A stretch of DNA of 52,522 nt, filler included, from Streblomastix strix (taxonomy: Eukaryota), in the NCBI GenBank assembly GCA_008636045.1. It is 2 parts of 2 records of this genome, joined end to end, with 100 filler letters (N's around TTAATTAATTAA, not from the genome) between each part and the next. Parts side by side here need not be neighbours in the genome. Positions count along the whole stretch, not along the records: positions 1 to 26,226 come from SNRW01000175.1; 1 more part is not named here. One strand, given 5' to 3'. The notes beneath the pieces were generated by a model, which saw only the letters and a program-made list of their open reading frames with translations, ran no database searches and had not been told where the DNA came from. The position numbers were made by a program, and so were the translations under genes. Numbering within the stretch: position 1 is the stretch's first letter; every line of letters begins with the position of its first letter. Positions 1 through 12,291 of this stretch are shown piece by piece.

Positions 1-260
1 TCCGGTTCAACTTACGCAGTCTCTCGTTCTACTTCTTTGTATTTATTTTTATTGTAATGTCTCTTAAGCTTGACTTCGTGCTATTGCTCATTAATTATAT
101 CCTCTTTGATTTCTTATTAAGGAGTTGATAAGTTTCTCAAGTCTTAATCAATAAATTTTAATCTAAGTTTATCTTCTTCCGTTAACTCTTTCTTCATGTC
201 TTCGATTTATTTCTTTGATTTACTCATACGGAGCTAATTCCTCTCGATGCTTGAAATCAT
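1..260 (-). CDS. 5' part of an orphan gene of an endogenous Polinton-like virus (second, diverged copy); continues off the left edge
   Basis: Reads MISSIERNQLRMSKSKKQIEDMKKELTEEDKLRL..., aligning with the element gene starting at 39051 (MIKGIERNQVRMSKSKKQMSDIKKKELTDEDKIRL...). Confidence 0.7.
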
Positions 261-291
261 TTAAATCGATTAAAAATTTAATCATTGATAA

Positions 292-865
292 ATGGATAAA
301 TCATATGCTTTAAGAAAATTAAAATAAAAAATGGTACTATATTCAAAAGCTTTACTGGAGGATATATAATGTAAACAGGTAAGTAGATTAAAATATTTGA
401 AGATGAATAGAAGACTCCTAAAGTATTAACGCAAGCTTAGTAAAATAAATTATTATAGATGTTTACAATAAAAGAATAAAAATAAGATGAACAATTAATG
501 TTTCAAGATCATGATGAAGATGAAAGTGAATAAGAAACCGAAGATTTGAGCTTTGCTAAATAAGAAGTATAGGTTCCAGTAGTTAAAAAGAAAATTAAAA
601 CATAATAAAATAGCCTAATATTAAATATACTATTCCATAGATAGATCTTGAAGAGCTAATTAAATTGAGAACTGAAAATTAATTCATCAAGGAATAGCAT
701 ATCGAAGCATAAAAGTAAATTAATAAATACAAGAATAAATTAAAATCAATGAAGTAAGTAAATGAACCAGTAGTTAAAGAAACAATTAAAGAAGAACCAA
801 TTTAATAACCAATTTAAATCATAACAGAGCCAAGTGAAAGATACATTACTGAATTCGAGTTATAT
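292..865 (+). pseudogene. Frameshifted orphan gene of the second viral copy, homolog of 39076-39738
   Basis: NGTIFKSFTGGYIMQTGKQIKIFED vs NGINIEYVDKGYVVQINKQIKVYDD; PQIDLEELIKLRTENQFIK vs PQLDLEELI*LRTENTFIR; EFELY vs EYDLY; frameshift in the A-run near 325; same divergent arrangement as at 39.05 kb. Confidence 0.7.
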
Positions 866-1412
866 TTGGGGATGCCAAATTGACCCAGAGGGTTTTGGAT
901 GGGTGGGTTGGTCAGAGTTCTGTGGGTAAGAATAAATATATGATATTGCAAAAATAGCGTTTTACTTTATGTTGAAAAAATTGAAAAAAGAAAAAAAAGT
1001 AATAAAATCTAAATAATATCAACAAATAATTAGAATTATATGTATTTATGTTGTTATTTAGTAGTAATTTAAATATATTAAATTATTAAATATGCTATTT
1101 ATTAAAAAATACTTGTGATTCATAAAAGAATTGGCAAATAATAATAATAATTTTGTTTAATACAAACAATATCATAATGGTAATTGAAATTTATTCAAAT
1201 AAGTTAACAAACATATAAATTTAAAAAATAATATAAAAATTAAAGATAAGTATACTAGCAGAGGGACACATTGTTGAGATAAAAATTTTACCCAAAGTGC
1301 TAAAAGAGTCCTATTCGAATCCATATTTTACTAAAATATTTATTTATAAAATGTATTAAAATTAATTTTTTAGAAGAACAGTGGTAAATACTCTTATTTG
1401 GAATGACGCAGA

Positions 1413-1460
1413 CTGGGTTGGGTCGGGTTGGTTGGGTCGGGTTGGGTTGGCTCGGGTCGT
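1413..1460 (+). repeat. G-rich (GGGTY)n tract
   Basis: GGGTTGGGTCGGGTTGGTTGGGTCGGGTTGGGTTGGCTCGGGTCG in otherwise AT-rich DNA. Confidence 0.8.
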
Positions 1461-2589
1461 TTTTTTTAAAGCCAAATTTTGACAGTAACAAGAATTATGC
1501 GCCTGTAAGATAATAATACATAAATTGATTAAGAAAGAAATATGATAATGATATAATTACACATAATTATAATAAGTATATTCAATTATACAATTAACTA
1601 GGCGCGAAAAAGAGTTTACCCATGACGACCTGTACTAATTTTTAGAAATAAATTTTTTTATTGAAACTGTATTTATTATTTTAATGTAAATAAACATATT
1701 ATATATAAATATTAAAATGTATTTAATATATTATTATTCATATCTGAATCAAAAAAAAATTTTGATATATTATTTTATCCTATATTCTTTAAAATCGAAA
1801 CCTGATTGGGGCTCGCAGACAGTAAGTATTTTTTGTTAATTAGAATAAAATGTTAGTAGCATGCCCCGATTTTTTGATTTTATAATTTGGAAAAAATTGG
1901 TGTCAACAAAAAATCAGCTTTTTTAAAGCCAAAATCCCCATACTGGCATGAAAAAATTTCTATAAAGGGGGGTACGAAACCAGATATAGCACTATAATAA
2001 TCACATTCTATGATTTAAAAATAAAAAATTTAATTAGCGCACCACGTTATGAAAATGCATTGTTCGAAAAATTGAAAATAAAATTTTTTAATTTACATCA
2101 ATTTAAATTATTTTTGATAAATTTAATACAAATAAACTTAAAATATTATATATTTTATATTTCAAGCAAATTGCAAATCATTAGCGATCAAAAATCAAAT
2201 ATTATTTCAAAAGTCTTTTTTCACAGCTATTAGTTAGCAAAATTAATTTTAAATTTCAATAATTATAAATTCTTTATTATTTTAGTTATATTTAAATCAA
2301 ATTCTTACTTAATTTTTATTGAATCAATCTAAATATTTTACAATTAATACTTAAAATTACTTATTTATATATTTTATGACAATTTTAGATTGTAAGAGTA
2401 AATATTAAAGCAATATGCAATGATGATATGAAGATAATACCAAAATGTAAATGACTTACAAATGAAATTAATTAGTATGAAAAGCTTTAAACACAAATCA
2501 AATCATTTTCACATTAGATAAAGAAATAAAGAAATTTATTTTAAATAAATTCGAGATTATTATAGCAATCTTACATAAATAAAAGATGT

Positions 2590-3680
2590 TTATAATAAAC
2601 GAAGATGAATTGAAGAAGATTATAGCTATATGAGATGAAATGAAGATGTTTATAGCAAACAGACATGATTTAATGTTGAAAATAATAAATAATGATGAAA
2701 ATTATTGTCTATGTCAATAGATTATAATTTATATCAATCTGAAATAAATCAAAGATATATATAATAAATGAAGATGTATAGAAAACGAATACAATATTCT
2801 GAGATGAAATGAAGGTGTGTATATCAATCTGTTATAATTAAAGATGATTATAATAAATGAAGATTAATTAATAATAAATAAAATAAATGAAGATGTATTG
2901 AAGATGATTAGAACAATATGAGATGAAATATGGATGAATATAACAAATTGAGATGAAATTAAGAAATGTATGATATATGAAGATGAATTGAAGATAAATA
3001 TCACAATCGGAGATGAAATTTGAATGAATATAATAATCTGAAGTGAAATAGAGATGAATATAATAAATGAAGATGTAATAATGTTGAATATAACAAAGTG
3101 AGATGAAATATGGATGTATTAAACAAACTGAAATGAAATGAAGATGATAAAATGAATGAAGTTGAATTGAAGGAGAATAAAACAATCCGAGATGAAGAAT
3201 GGATAAACATAACAAATTGGGATTAAATTAAGATGAATTTAATAATTGAAGAATAATTGAAGATAAAAAAACATCCTGAGAATGAATATAACAAATTGAG
3301 ATGAAAAATGGATGAATATAACAAATTGAGATTTAATTAAGATGAATTAAAGATGAATAAACATTCTAAGATGAAAAATGGATGAATATAACAAATTAAG
3401 ATGAAATGAAGATAAATATATTAATTAAAGATGAAATGAAGATAAAAAAAACATCCTGAGAATGAATAAAACAATCTGAGATGAAATATGGATGAATATA
3501 TCAATCTGACATTAATTTAAGAAATGTATGATATATGATGATGTATTGAAGATGAATATTTAAATCTGAGTTGAAATGAAGATGAAAACATTAAAAGAAG
3601 ATTAATTGACGATGTAATTAATTTTATTAGAAAAATTGATGAAAACTTAATTAATTAAAGATGAAATAAATTTAATTTAT
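2590..3680. repeat. Degenerate ~30-bp minisatellite
   Basis: Recurring unit like GAGATGAAATATGGATGAATATAACAAATT / GAGATGAAATGAAGATG; minus strand translates to (IHLHFISDCY)-like decamers. Confidence 0.8.
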
Positions 3681-4325
3681 TGATAGTAAAATAAATATAA
3701 TATTACTTTTTATTATTAAATTTAAATTTAAAATATTTGTAAAAAATTCCAACGTCGGAAGCGAAGCGACGTTTCTTGTTTTTTTTATTTTGGGTCGTTG
3801 TTACTTGGTTGGGTGGGTAAGTAGGGCTCTGGGTGGTTGGGTTGACGTCCCCAATATTATATAACATTAAATAATTACAATATAAAGAATTTTTTGATCA
3901 AAATAAAAATATTTTTTTTGAGATTTTTTTTCATTGATTAATTGAAGTAGATCTATATTACAAAATTTTATATAAATGCAAATTTCAACAAGTAGTATTA
4001 TAAATCGCAATTTTTTTTATTTAATTGCTATTTTTCTATTAGTTTGAACTGTTTATGCTGTGTTTTAAAATTCGATATAAAAATGTAACTTTTACACTAC
4101 ATAGACTTTAAATTTTAATTTCTAATACTATATTATCATTTTAAACACAACCCACGTCACATTATTACTCATTTGCACACTTTTAATAGATGTCAGTGAC
4201 TTTACACACCTGAACTAACAAAACTAACAATTTCGCCGTAACTTGAGTTCGAAATCAGATTTATCCTTTAATTTAATAATTTATTCTTTTACTAATATTT
4301 TTAATATTATTATATACAGATTATT

Positions 4326-6723
4326 ATGATTTAGAGTAATATCAGCGATTCTGAACAGAATTTTGATGTTTAAGACTCTAAAGAAGAGCAAATTGCAATT
4401 TAATATATCGATTCTTTTGCTGAACCTTGGTTTCATATACCGCAAGAGTATTAAGGAGGTATACTTTATTTTTGAAATTATTTCAGTTATGTATTATTAT
4501 TCTTTATAACTAGATTAGTCTCTTCTTCAAGCTTTGAAAGAAGCTTTACTGAAGGTGAAACCAAAGAAACAGAAAAGTTCAGAAATGGAAAAGATTGAAA
4601 ATCCAGAATATGAAGAAGATGAAGAATTAAAGTAGAATATCAACTGGGTTAATGAAATTAATGATATTATTAATAATGATTTTATTAATAATGATAATGA
4701 TAATGATAATGATCAAGAGAAAGATATAGATAATAAAGATAATAAAAACAATATCAACATCATTAACAGCAACAACAACAACAATAATAATAATAAAGAT
4801 TAATAGTAAAATAAAATAAAATAAATATTGAAATTAATATAATAAAGAAAAGAAGAGAAAGAGAAAAAGAAATAAGAAAATATTAAATAATAATAAGAGA
4901 AAAAAGAATATTATTTAAATTAATTAATAAATTTGGTCCATATGACCATTAATGAGTCAATTAATGATAACGATAATAATAATAATAAATCAATAGGAAT
5001 ATACAATAGAGGGAAAAGAATAATGAATAATTTAATTATTGAATCACTTCATGAAATGATTGAAATGCTTTCTGGAGAAGAAAATGAATCAGAACAATAA
5101 TTACTAAGATTATATCTTTTTATTGCAAATGCATAATTATTAATTGAAGAGTCAAATTAACCAAATCCAGATTAAACTTCAACAATAAAAATAAAAACAG
5201 GTTCAAATACAAAATCAAACATCAATTCAAACATCAATTTATAATTTCTATTCACTCATATTTTCACTATACTCAATGAAGAAAATAGCAAATAATAACA
5301 AATAGGACAACGAATATTTACAGTTAATTCAATTATTCTTCTTACATCATATTCATTCTTTCTCTTCAAACTATTGCATCAGAATGAACCAGAAATTAAT
5401 AATCAAGATTTCTTCCTCCTATTAATATTCTTCAATTATCTATCATCAAGAGAGATCCAACATTAGGAAATTAAATACAGATCTCCAAAAGTTGAACGAA
5501 AATCTATTTAATCATAATCTTCATCTTATTCTGATTAATCTTCATCAAATTAAACCGACTCAATTTAAATTTAATCTCCTTCAAAATCCAGAGGTTCAAC
5601 AAGATCTCGAACTCCATCATAACTGAATTCAAGATCTTCTACACCTTTTGATTCAATTAATATGAAAACTATTTCACAACATTCTTCACGATCTTAATCT
5701 TAATATTCTTCACAAACTTAATCATAACATTCGTCTTAAAATTCTTCATAATATTCTTCTTAAAATTCTTCATAAAATTCTTCATAGTATTCTTCTCCAT
5801 CTCAAAGTCCAATTCCAATTCTGAATCCATCAAATTCGCTTTAATTCTCTTCTTTATTTACTGGAATTGGATCCCAACATACAAATTAATTTGTTAATCA
5901 ACCATGGATAGCACCAATATCTTCATTATCAACAATTACTCATCCAATGTTCAATGTTTCATTGTTAAAGAGTGCGAGTTCTAATTATAGATAAATACCA
6001 ACAAGAACATCATCTGCATCTCCACATTCATATTCACCTACAAATAATACTAATTAATAATAATAATAACAGATTATTCAAATGTATCATTAATCTCCTC
6101 AAACACAAACATCCATAACTAAAAATACTAATCTTTCTCATTCCTTTACAAATATTTAATCTAGAAATATTCCTCTTAATTTAATACCAAATACAACTTC
6201 TTAAAATGTATTGTAATCTCAACATTTCACAAATCAATAAATTAATCAATCATCTTAAAGATCTTCTTAATTCAACTCAAATACAATTTCAAACTCATTG
6301 ACAACACCTGAGAAAATAAATGAAAATTCAAATTAAAGTAAGAAAAAAATAATGAGTTTAGAAACATAATTGAGAATGAACTTGTTTAGGATCGGAGTTG
6401 ATATGAGCGGAATAAGCTCTAATTAAAATTAATCTGATCAATATTAATATTAACAATAAATAAAAACAAAAATAAAGGAAAATAATAAAACCAATTTATA
6501 AATATAAACGATAAACAATGAATGTTTAATGTAATTGGAACAACTCTGGGAATAATTCATTTCATCACTTCACAATGATTGGACTGATTAGGAAGAAAAG
6601 ATGAATAAGAAAGAATATAATAATAATAAATGGAACAAATTCTGTAGAAAATCAGTTCCATTAAATATTTATGAAATTGTTCTTTCTGTGAAAAATTCAC
6701 TGAAAAGACCAAAAAAGAGTTGA
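4326..6723 (+). CDS. Hypothetical low-complexity N/Q/S-rich protein, at least one intron (~4459-4513)
   Basis: Open with TAR=Gln: MIQSNISDSEQNFDV...HIPQEYQG, GT-AG intron, DQSLLQALKEALLKVKPKK... to KRPKKS-TGA; an alternative last exon at ~6844-6880 is possible. Confidence 0.6.
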
Positions 6724-6944
6724 TTAGTTATTTATTTATTTTTGTAATAATTTTACTTATATATAATTTTACTTAAATTGAATATATTGAATAAATAAAC
6801 AAAACAATCGTTAAATAAATTATATCATTTCGTTTTTTTATAGTCACAGATAATGAAGAAACTAAATGCGCTACTTAATGAAATAAGTAAATTAGAAAAT
6901 TAAAATAAATAAATAATTTTTAAACTCTTTCAGATGAAATGCGC

Positions 6945-9900
6945 TCATATGAAAAAATTAAAAGTAAATAAATTGAGATATTTCTGAGAGTCTGTCTTGA
7001 GACTCCAATTTTTAATATTTTTATTTTTTGCTTCATCTTTATCTTTTGTCATTTCTTTTTCTATTTTTTTTCAAATAATCTAATTTATCATTACAAAAAC
7101 TTCATTTGCTTTATCGATTATTTCTGGGGAATAATCATTGATTACAAATTATTCTACTTATTCCTTAACTGCTCCTGAAATCTTCACCTTATTTTCATTT
7201 GTTCCATATCTTAGTAATGTGCAAATAAGATTAAGAGAAGATAATATTTCATAATCGCTTTTTTCAAACAGATAATATTAAAAATTGCCAGCTAGAATCA
7301 AGCTGTGGTTGACTTTAAACGATAATAAAAGTGAGAATGAATGAAAATAATTAGTATTAAAGAATCAAATATAATTATAATAATTATGATTGATGGTATA
7401 GTAATATTAATAATAATTTATTTTTATTATAATTATTAATATTTATACATGGGTTTTCAGCAAGAAGTGCAAGACCAGAAAAATAAGGAATAGGTAATCT
7501 TTCCTTGAGTTTTTCAGTGATTTATTTTCCTGCATAGATTGGAAGTGGTTATGCCTTAAAAAGACATGAAAGTGATTATGCAACCACTCGGTGATTATCT
7601 TTATTATTATTATTATCTTTAATTGTTTCAATTAATTTATTAACAATTCCAACAGTTAATAATTATGGATAATATGGGTGTTATTCCCCTTCTTTCAATC
7701 CATCTAATCCAGCTTCTAAGATGCCAAATATTATTTTGTTTATAGATAATTTAACATCTTTTTATTAAGAATCCACCATTCTTATTACTGACTGAATAAC
7801 TCCCTTTTAAAATAATCTCCTTTTCTACTCAATAGTAAGACTATCAGAAAGATCATTAAGTGGAGAAATATACCATTATTTTATTTATACCAATCGGATA
7901 GAGTTGAGAAGATGAAGATAATGTTCAATAAAATCTGTTTCATCAACTATTATTCTACTAACTTCTGAAATATTATAGATTAATACATTAATAATTTAAG
8001 AGATTAAGATTATTTTCCCTTCTCTATTTTCATCTAAAAGTGCATTTTTCATTTCTTCCTTAATAACATTAATAAGTCCTGCTCTAATTAATTATATTAA
8101 ACCTTATTCATTTTTTCTTTCAATAACTCTTTTTATTCTTACTAATTATTTCATTCCTTCTGGATCTTAATAAGCATTTAGAAGTTACTTAGATTCATCT
8201 AATTCCTTATAAATGTTTAAAATTTCCAGGTTAATTGTATTTTAAATTAATTATTAAACTTAATTATTGCCAAAGATGTAAATGTTGAAAAGAAGAAGAA
8301 ACGATTGTTTAACTAACCTTCCATATTAAGTTTATGTTCCAATTCTTGGTATTTCATTTTTGATTTATTCAACAGTTTTTTCAATTACATTATTTGAAAT
8401 TATTGTGTCATGATTCTCTGAATAATTAAAACAAATTTCAAAATTTATGATAATAATAAAAAATATATATTTGATAATATATTTATTAATAAATAAAAAT
8501 ATTTTTTAAACCAATGTTCAATGCAAGAAATCGAATATAAATAAATGGATCAGCATATCCACGTAGCTGCATGTATCCTGAATGATTATTAATTTTCTGT
8601 ATTAATTATACTCTACTATTGGATGGAAATTATATGCCTTCAGGAAAAAGATTATCAAGAAAAGTACAAGCATGAGTTACTAAATTATCATAATCCTCAG
8701 TTTCACAATCTAATAATATATTTTCAAATATATTTGTTAATATTCCAGATTATTCAAATGTTTATAGATAAGGATGAGGATAAGAGAGAAGTTATTATAA
8801 ATTAAATTAAGTTGATTGAAGAGAAGATTATGAAAATAATTTCCATCCATTCTAACATAAATTGGTGAATATCATGAGAATTCTCATTTACATATAACTA
8901 TCATTACTTTTAAGATGTGGTGCAAGAGTTTGAATTATCCCCATTTTAAATAATTAATGAGTTTGATCCACAGATCCGTATTTACAAATTTATTCTAATG
9001 CATCAAAAACTTAACGGGGGATCTGATCAATTGGATTTCGTCTGAGTAATTCAATTAATTCAATGATTAAGCCTGATTCAAATGCAGTATCAATATCCTT
9101 TTTTCCAGTTATAGAAAAATATATTATTTAAGAAATTTTTTCAATTATTTCTTTATTAATGTTTTTCATTTCATCAGTAATTCTCGCTTGTTCTTATTCT
9201 TCTATTGACCTAACTGCTTTCAAAGCATTTGTGAGTAATTATACGAATAAACCAAGAGAAGTCTTTTAAAAAGGATTAAGAGTTTATAATTATTAATGAG
9301 TTTATATTTACTATTATATTTATATTAATTATTATAATGTAATTGGTTGTGTTGGAGGAAGATTAAGAGTAGAATTTGTAACTTCTGATGTTTGAGACAT
9401 CATTATTTATTTATTTGGATGTATTGTAGACTTGAAAATAGATTTTTCCAAAGATACTGAAGTTTATGTGTCTTATAATTAATGTATTTGGATTATTGGA
9501 GGATGTTAATATGGAGTATGTAATTGAGGCTGAATAGGAACAGGTTGTTAATTCTATATTGAGGGAATCTAAACAATCTATTATTATATGGGTTTTTATT
9601 ATTGTGGTTGAATAATTTAAGGTTATATACTTGGATTTTCAATATCTGGGTCAAGACCTGTAACTTTCTTTATATCTGATTATGAAATAATAAATGAAGG
9701 ATTGATATCATAAACTGTAATTGTTTTATCTCCTTATTGTTGCAATGATTGTGCTGTTCTTGCAAGACGATTGACACCATTCGTAATTTCATCTTCAGCT
9801 TATTCACCAGTGAAATAAGAATGATTGAGTGCTTATTCTGCTGAAAATCGGTTATTTGGATTAATTGTGAGTGTATTAACAAGAAGATTCCACAATTGAT

Positions 9901-11310
9901 CATCTTTTATTGATGCTGGTTTTATAATAGGTTGTAAGCGCATTTGACTGAATATTTTATTAAAAGAAACCATAATAAATGAATTTAAATTTAAAATTTA
10001 TACAATTTTATGAATTATTTATTGATTTTCAAACTTTTACAATTCTTAGAATGTTTGAACTTTATATGGGAACTCATGAGCAACAAGTTGATGTGCAATA
10101 ATTCCTACTGACCAAACATCACTCTGAAATTTTCAATTTGAAAAAACAATTATTATATAAAATATTTATATTTTACAATCTTTCAAACTTTAGAATCTGT
10201 CAATCCATTCCCAATTATAATTTCTGGTGCCAAATTCGGAAAAATCCTGTAATATAAAGAAATAAATAAAATTAAAATTAAAAATAAAATTTAATTACCC
10301 TCCTATCAATTTAGCGTTTGTATATGATATAATTTGAGGCCTTTTTGTTAGTCCAATATTTGTAATCTTTAGAATCTGAATAAAAATATGAAAAAACGCA
10401 AATTAATAAAAATAAATAATTAATAAGTTATTAAATTCAACATACAACTCTTCCAGATCCTGGTGGGCTGTGAAGAAGGATATTTTCACTGGTAATATTT
10501 CCATGTACAATTCCTTGTTTGTGCATCAATCGAACTCCTTCCACTGAAAACAGAATAAATTAATTATTAAATTGAAAAAAAATAATCAAAATTGTAAAAG
10601 AAAAACAAACGGAGTTGTTTCAAAATTGCTCGTACTGTTCCAGGTGGAAGATCTTTTCCTTGCTCAATGACATAGTCTAGACTCTGATCAATAATTAAAA
10701 TTTAGGAATAAATAAATAAAAATTTTTAAGCCTGAAAATGAGTTTATATCAAACTTTATAATTAACAAAATCCATCAGTACAATCGTTGCATTTTCAACC
10801 ATTTTGGCTGCTTCATATCGAACAACAAACGGATTTTATTCCCCCCTGAATTATATTCATATAAATAAATATAAAGAGCAAAATAAATATAAATTAGTAT
10901 AATATTGGCAAACTTCACAGCTCCTAATTACTTCCATCCATCTTAACTAATGTCATCATTTTCCCACAGTTTTGCAGCTTTAATACCAAGACCTTGGATG
11001 GACACAAGATAAACACTGAAAGAAATGTAAATCAAAAAAATATCCAAAATAAAAAATTTAATAAATAATAGCAAACCGGCTATTTTAATCACGACCTAAT
11101 TTAAATATTATAAAATATCAATATAAATAAAAACATTCCAATCAATATATTTTAGCACACCAATCGCTCGCAAAATCTGATTTTTTTTAAAAAAAATAAA
11201 ATGCACGTAATTTTCTCTCAAATATTATTTATTTTTTTATTTTGAAATGTGAATTATAAATAAGTACGAACTTAAAATCCTTGAGACTGCAAAATTCTAG
11301 TATCTTCCAT
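6945..11310 (-). CDS. Multi-exon Ser/Thr kinase-like protein (probable pseudokinase) with Q/P-rich linker and ARM-like C-terminus
   Basis: MEDTRILQSQGFQ...IKAAKL...NPFVVRY...VHGNITSENILLHSPPGSGRV/ILKITNIGL...LAPE...SDVWSVG; many GT-AG introns; helical tail with LALNIENH motif. Confidence 0.8.
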
Positions 11311-12291
11311 TTTGTGAGGGGGAAAATTAAGTTCGGAAGTTTTTTTACTGCAAATATTAAAAAATGTTTAATTTATTATTATTAATTTATTTTTTGAAAT
11401 TTAATATAAAAAGTTTAATGATTAATAACTACTTAAAAATATCATCTATGAAGTTTTTTTAGAGACAGGGCTAAGATCATGCATCAATTCCTGAAATTGA
11501 ATTAGTAATTTTTAGTTAATAAATTTATTAAGATTCATTGTGAAAAATATTAATTTCTAAGAAATAATAAAATTACAATTTTTTAAGCCGAATTAACTCT
11601 TTATTCAGGTATTAAAAGAACTTCAATATTTGATTATAATATAATTATAAGCATTAGTTATAATTATATAATAATTTTAAGTATCATATCAAGCTTTGTA
11701 TTATGAACGGCCTTTTGCAAAAGATTATCTCACAACTCCAGACATTCAACTTATTGATCATAACTATTTAAACATTTAAATTCAATTTTTAGTGACTGAA
11801 TCACTTATATATAATTTATATACTTAACATAAATTGTTAAGCTGCAATATCTCACTCTATTTTTATTCAACATAATTATTGTAGATCTCATTAGCGTCAC
11901 CACTTATGTATATGCCGAAGTTTATATTTTACTTAAAATTTATATGCTAATTTGTTTTATGAAATAATATATTACGAGATACTATTTAAACTCTCATTCA
12001 AAGCATTTGCGATAATTCAACAAAAAAAAGCCAGTATTCCTTTATAAATACATTCCTAATATTCATAATATTTAAAATTATAACGTTTATGGTAAGCTTT
12101 ATATCATCATATAAGTTGAATGCAAGAAAATTGCAGATTTTTTACTTTTTAAGTTCTTTTATATTTTTATATTTTTTCAGGTCCATTTCTTTGAAATCAT
12201 TTAATCAAAGCACTTATCTATTAAATAATATTAATATTCACATTATTTTCATGTTATTTATTATTTTATATTAGTAGATACGGCCAAGCGC

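Larger units (their letters stand above)
866..3854. mobile_element. Putative non-autonomous DNA transposon bounded by imperfect TIRs
   Basis: TTGGGGATGCCAA (866-878) vs reverse complement of 3842-3854 TTGGGGACGTCAA (11/13); inner ACCCAGAG (883-890)/CTCTGGGT (3827-3834); TAT on both flanks; left end interrupts the viral ORF; no transposase recognised. Confidence 0.5.

Noticed and set aside
1413..1460. Telomeric repeat
   Set aside because: Irregular 5-mer units, short and internal, not TTAGGG-type
1300..1491. 63-aa ORF with PTQP repeats
   Set aside because: Translation of the GGGTY tract; no coding evidence
2590..3680. CRISPR-like array
   Set aside because: Degenerate tandem units with no unique spacers and no cas genes; eukaryotic context
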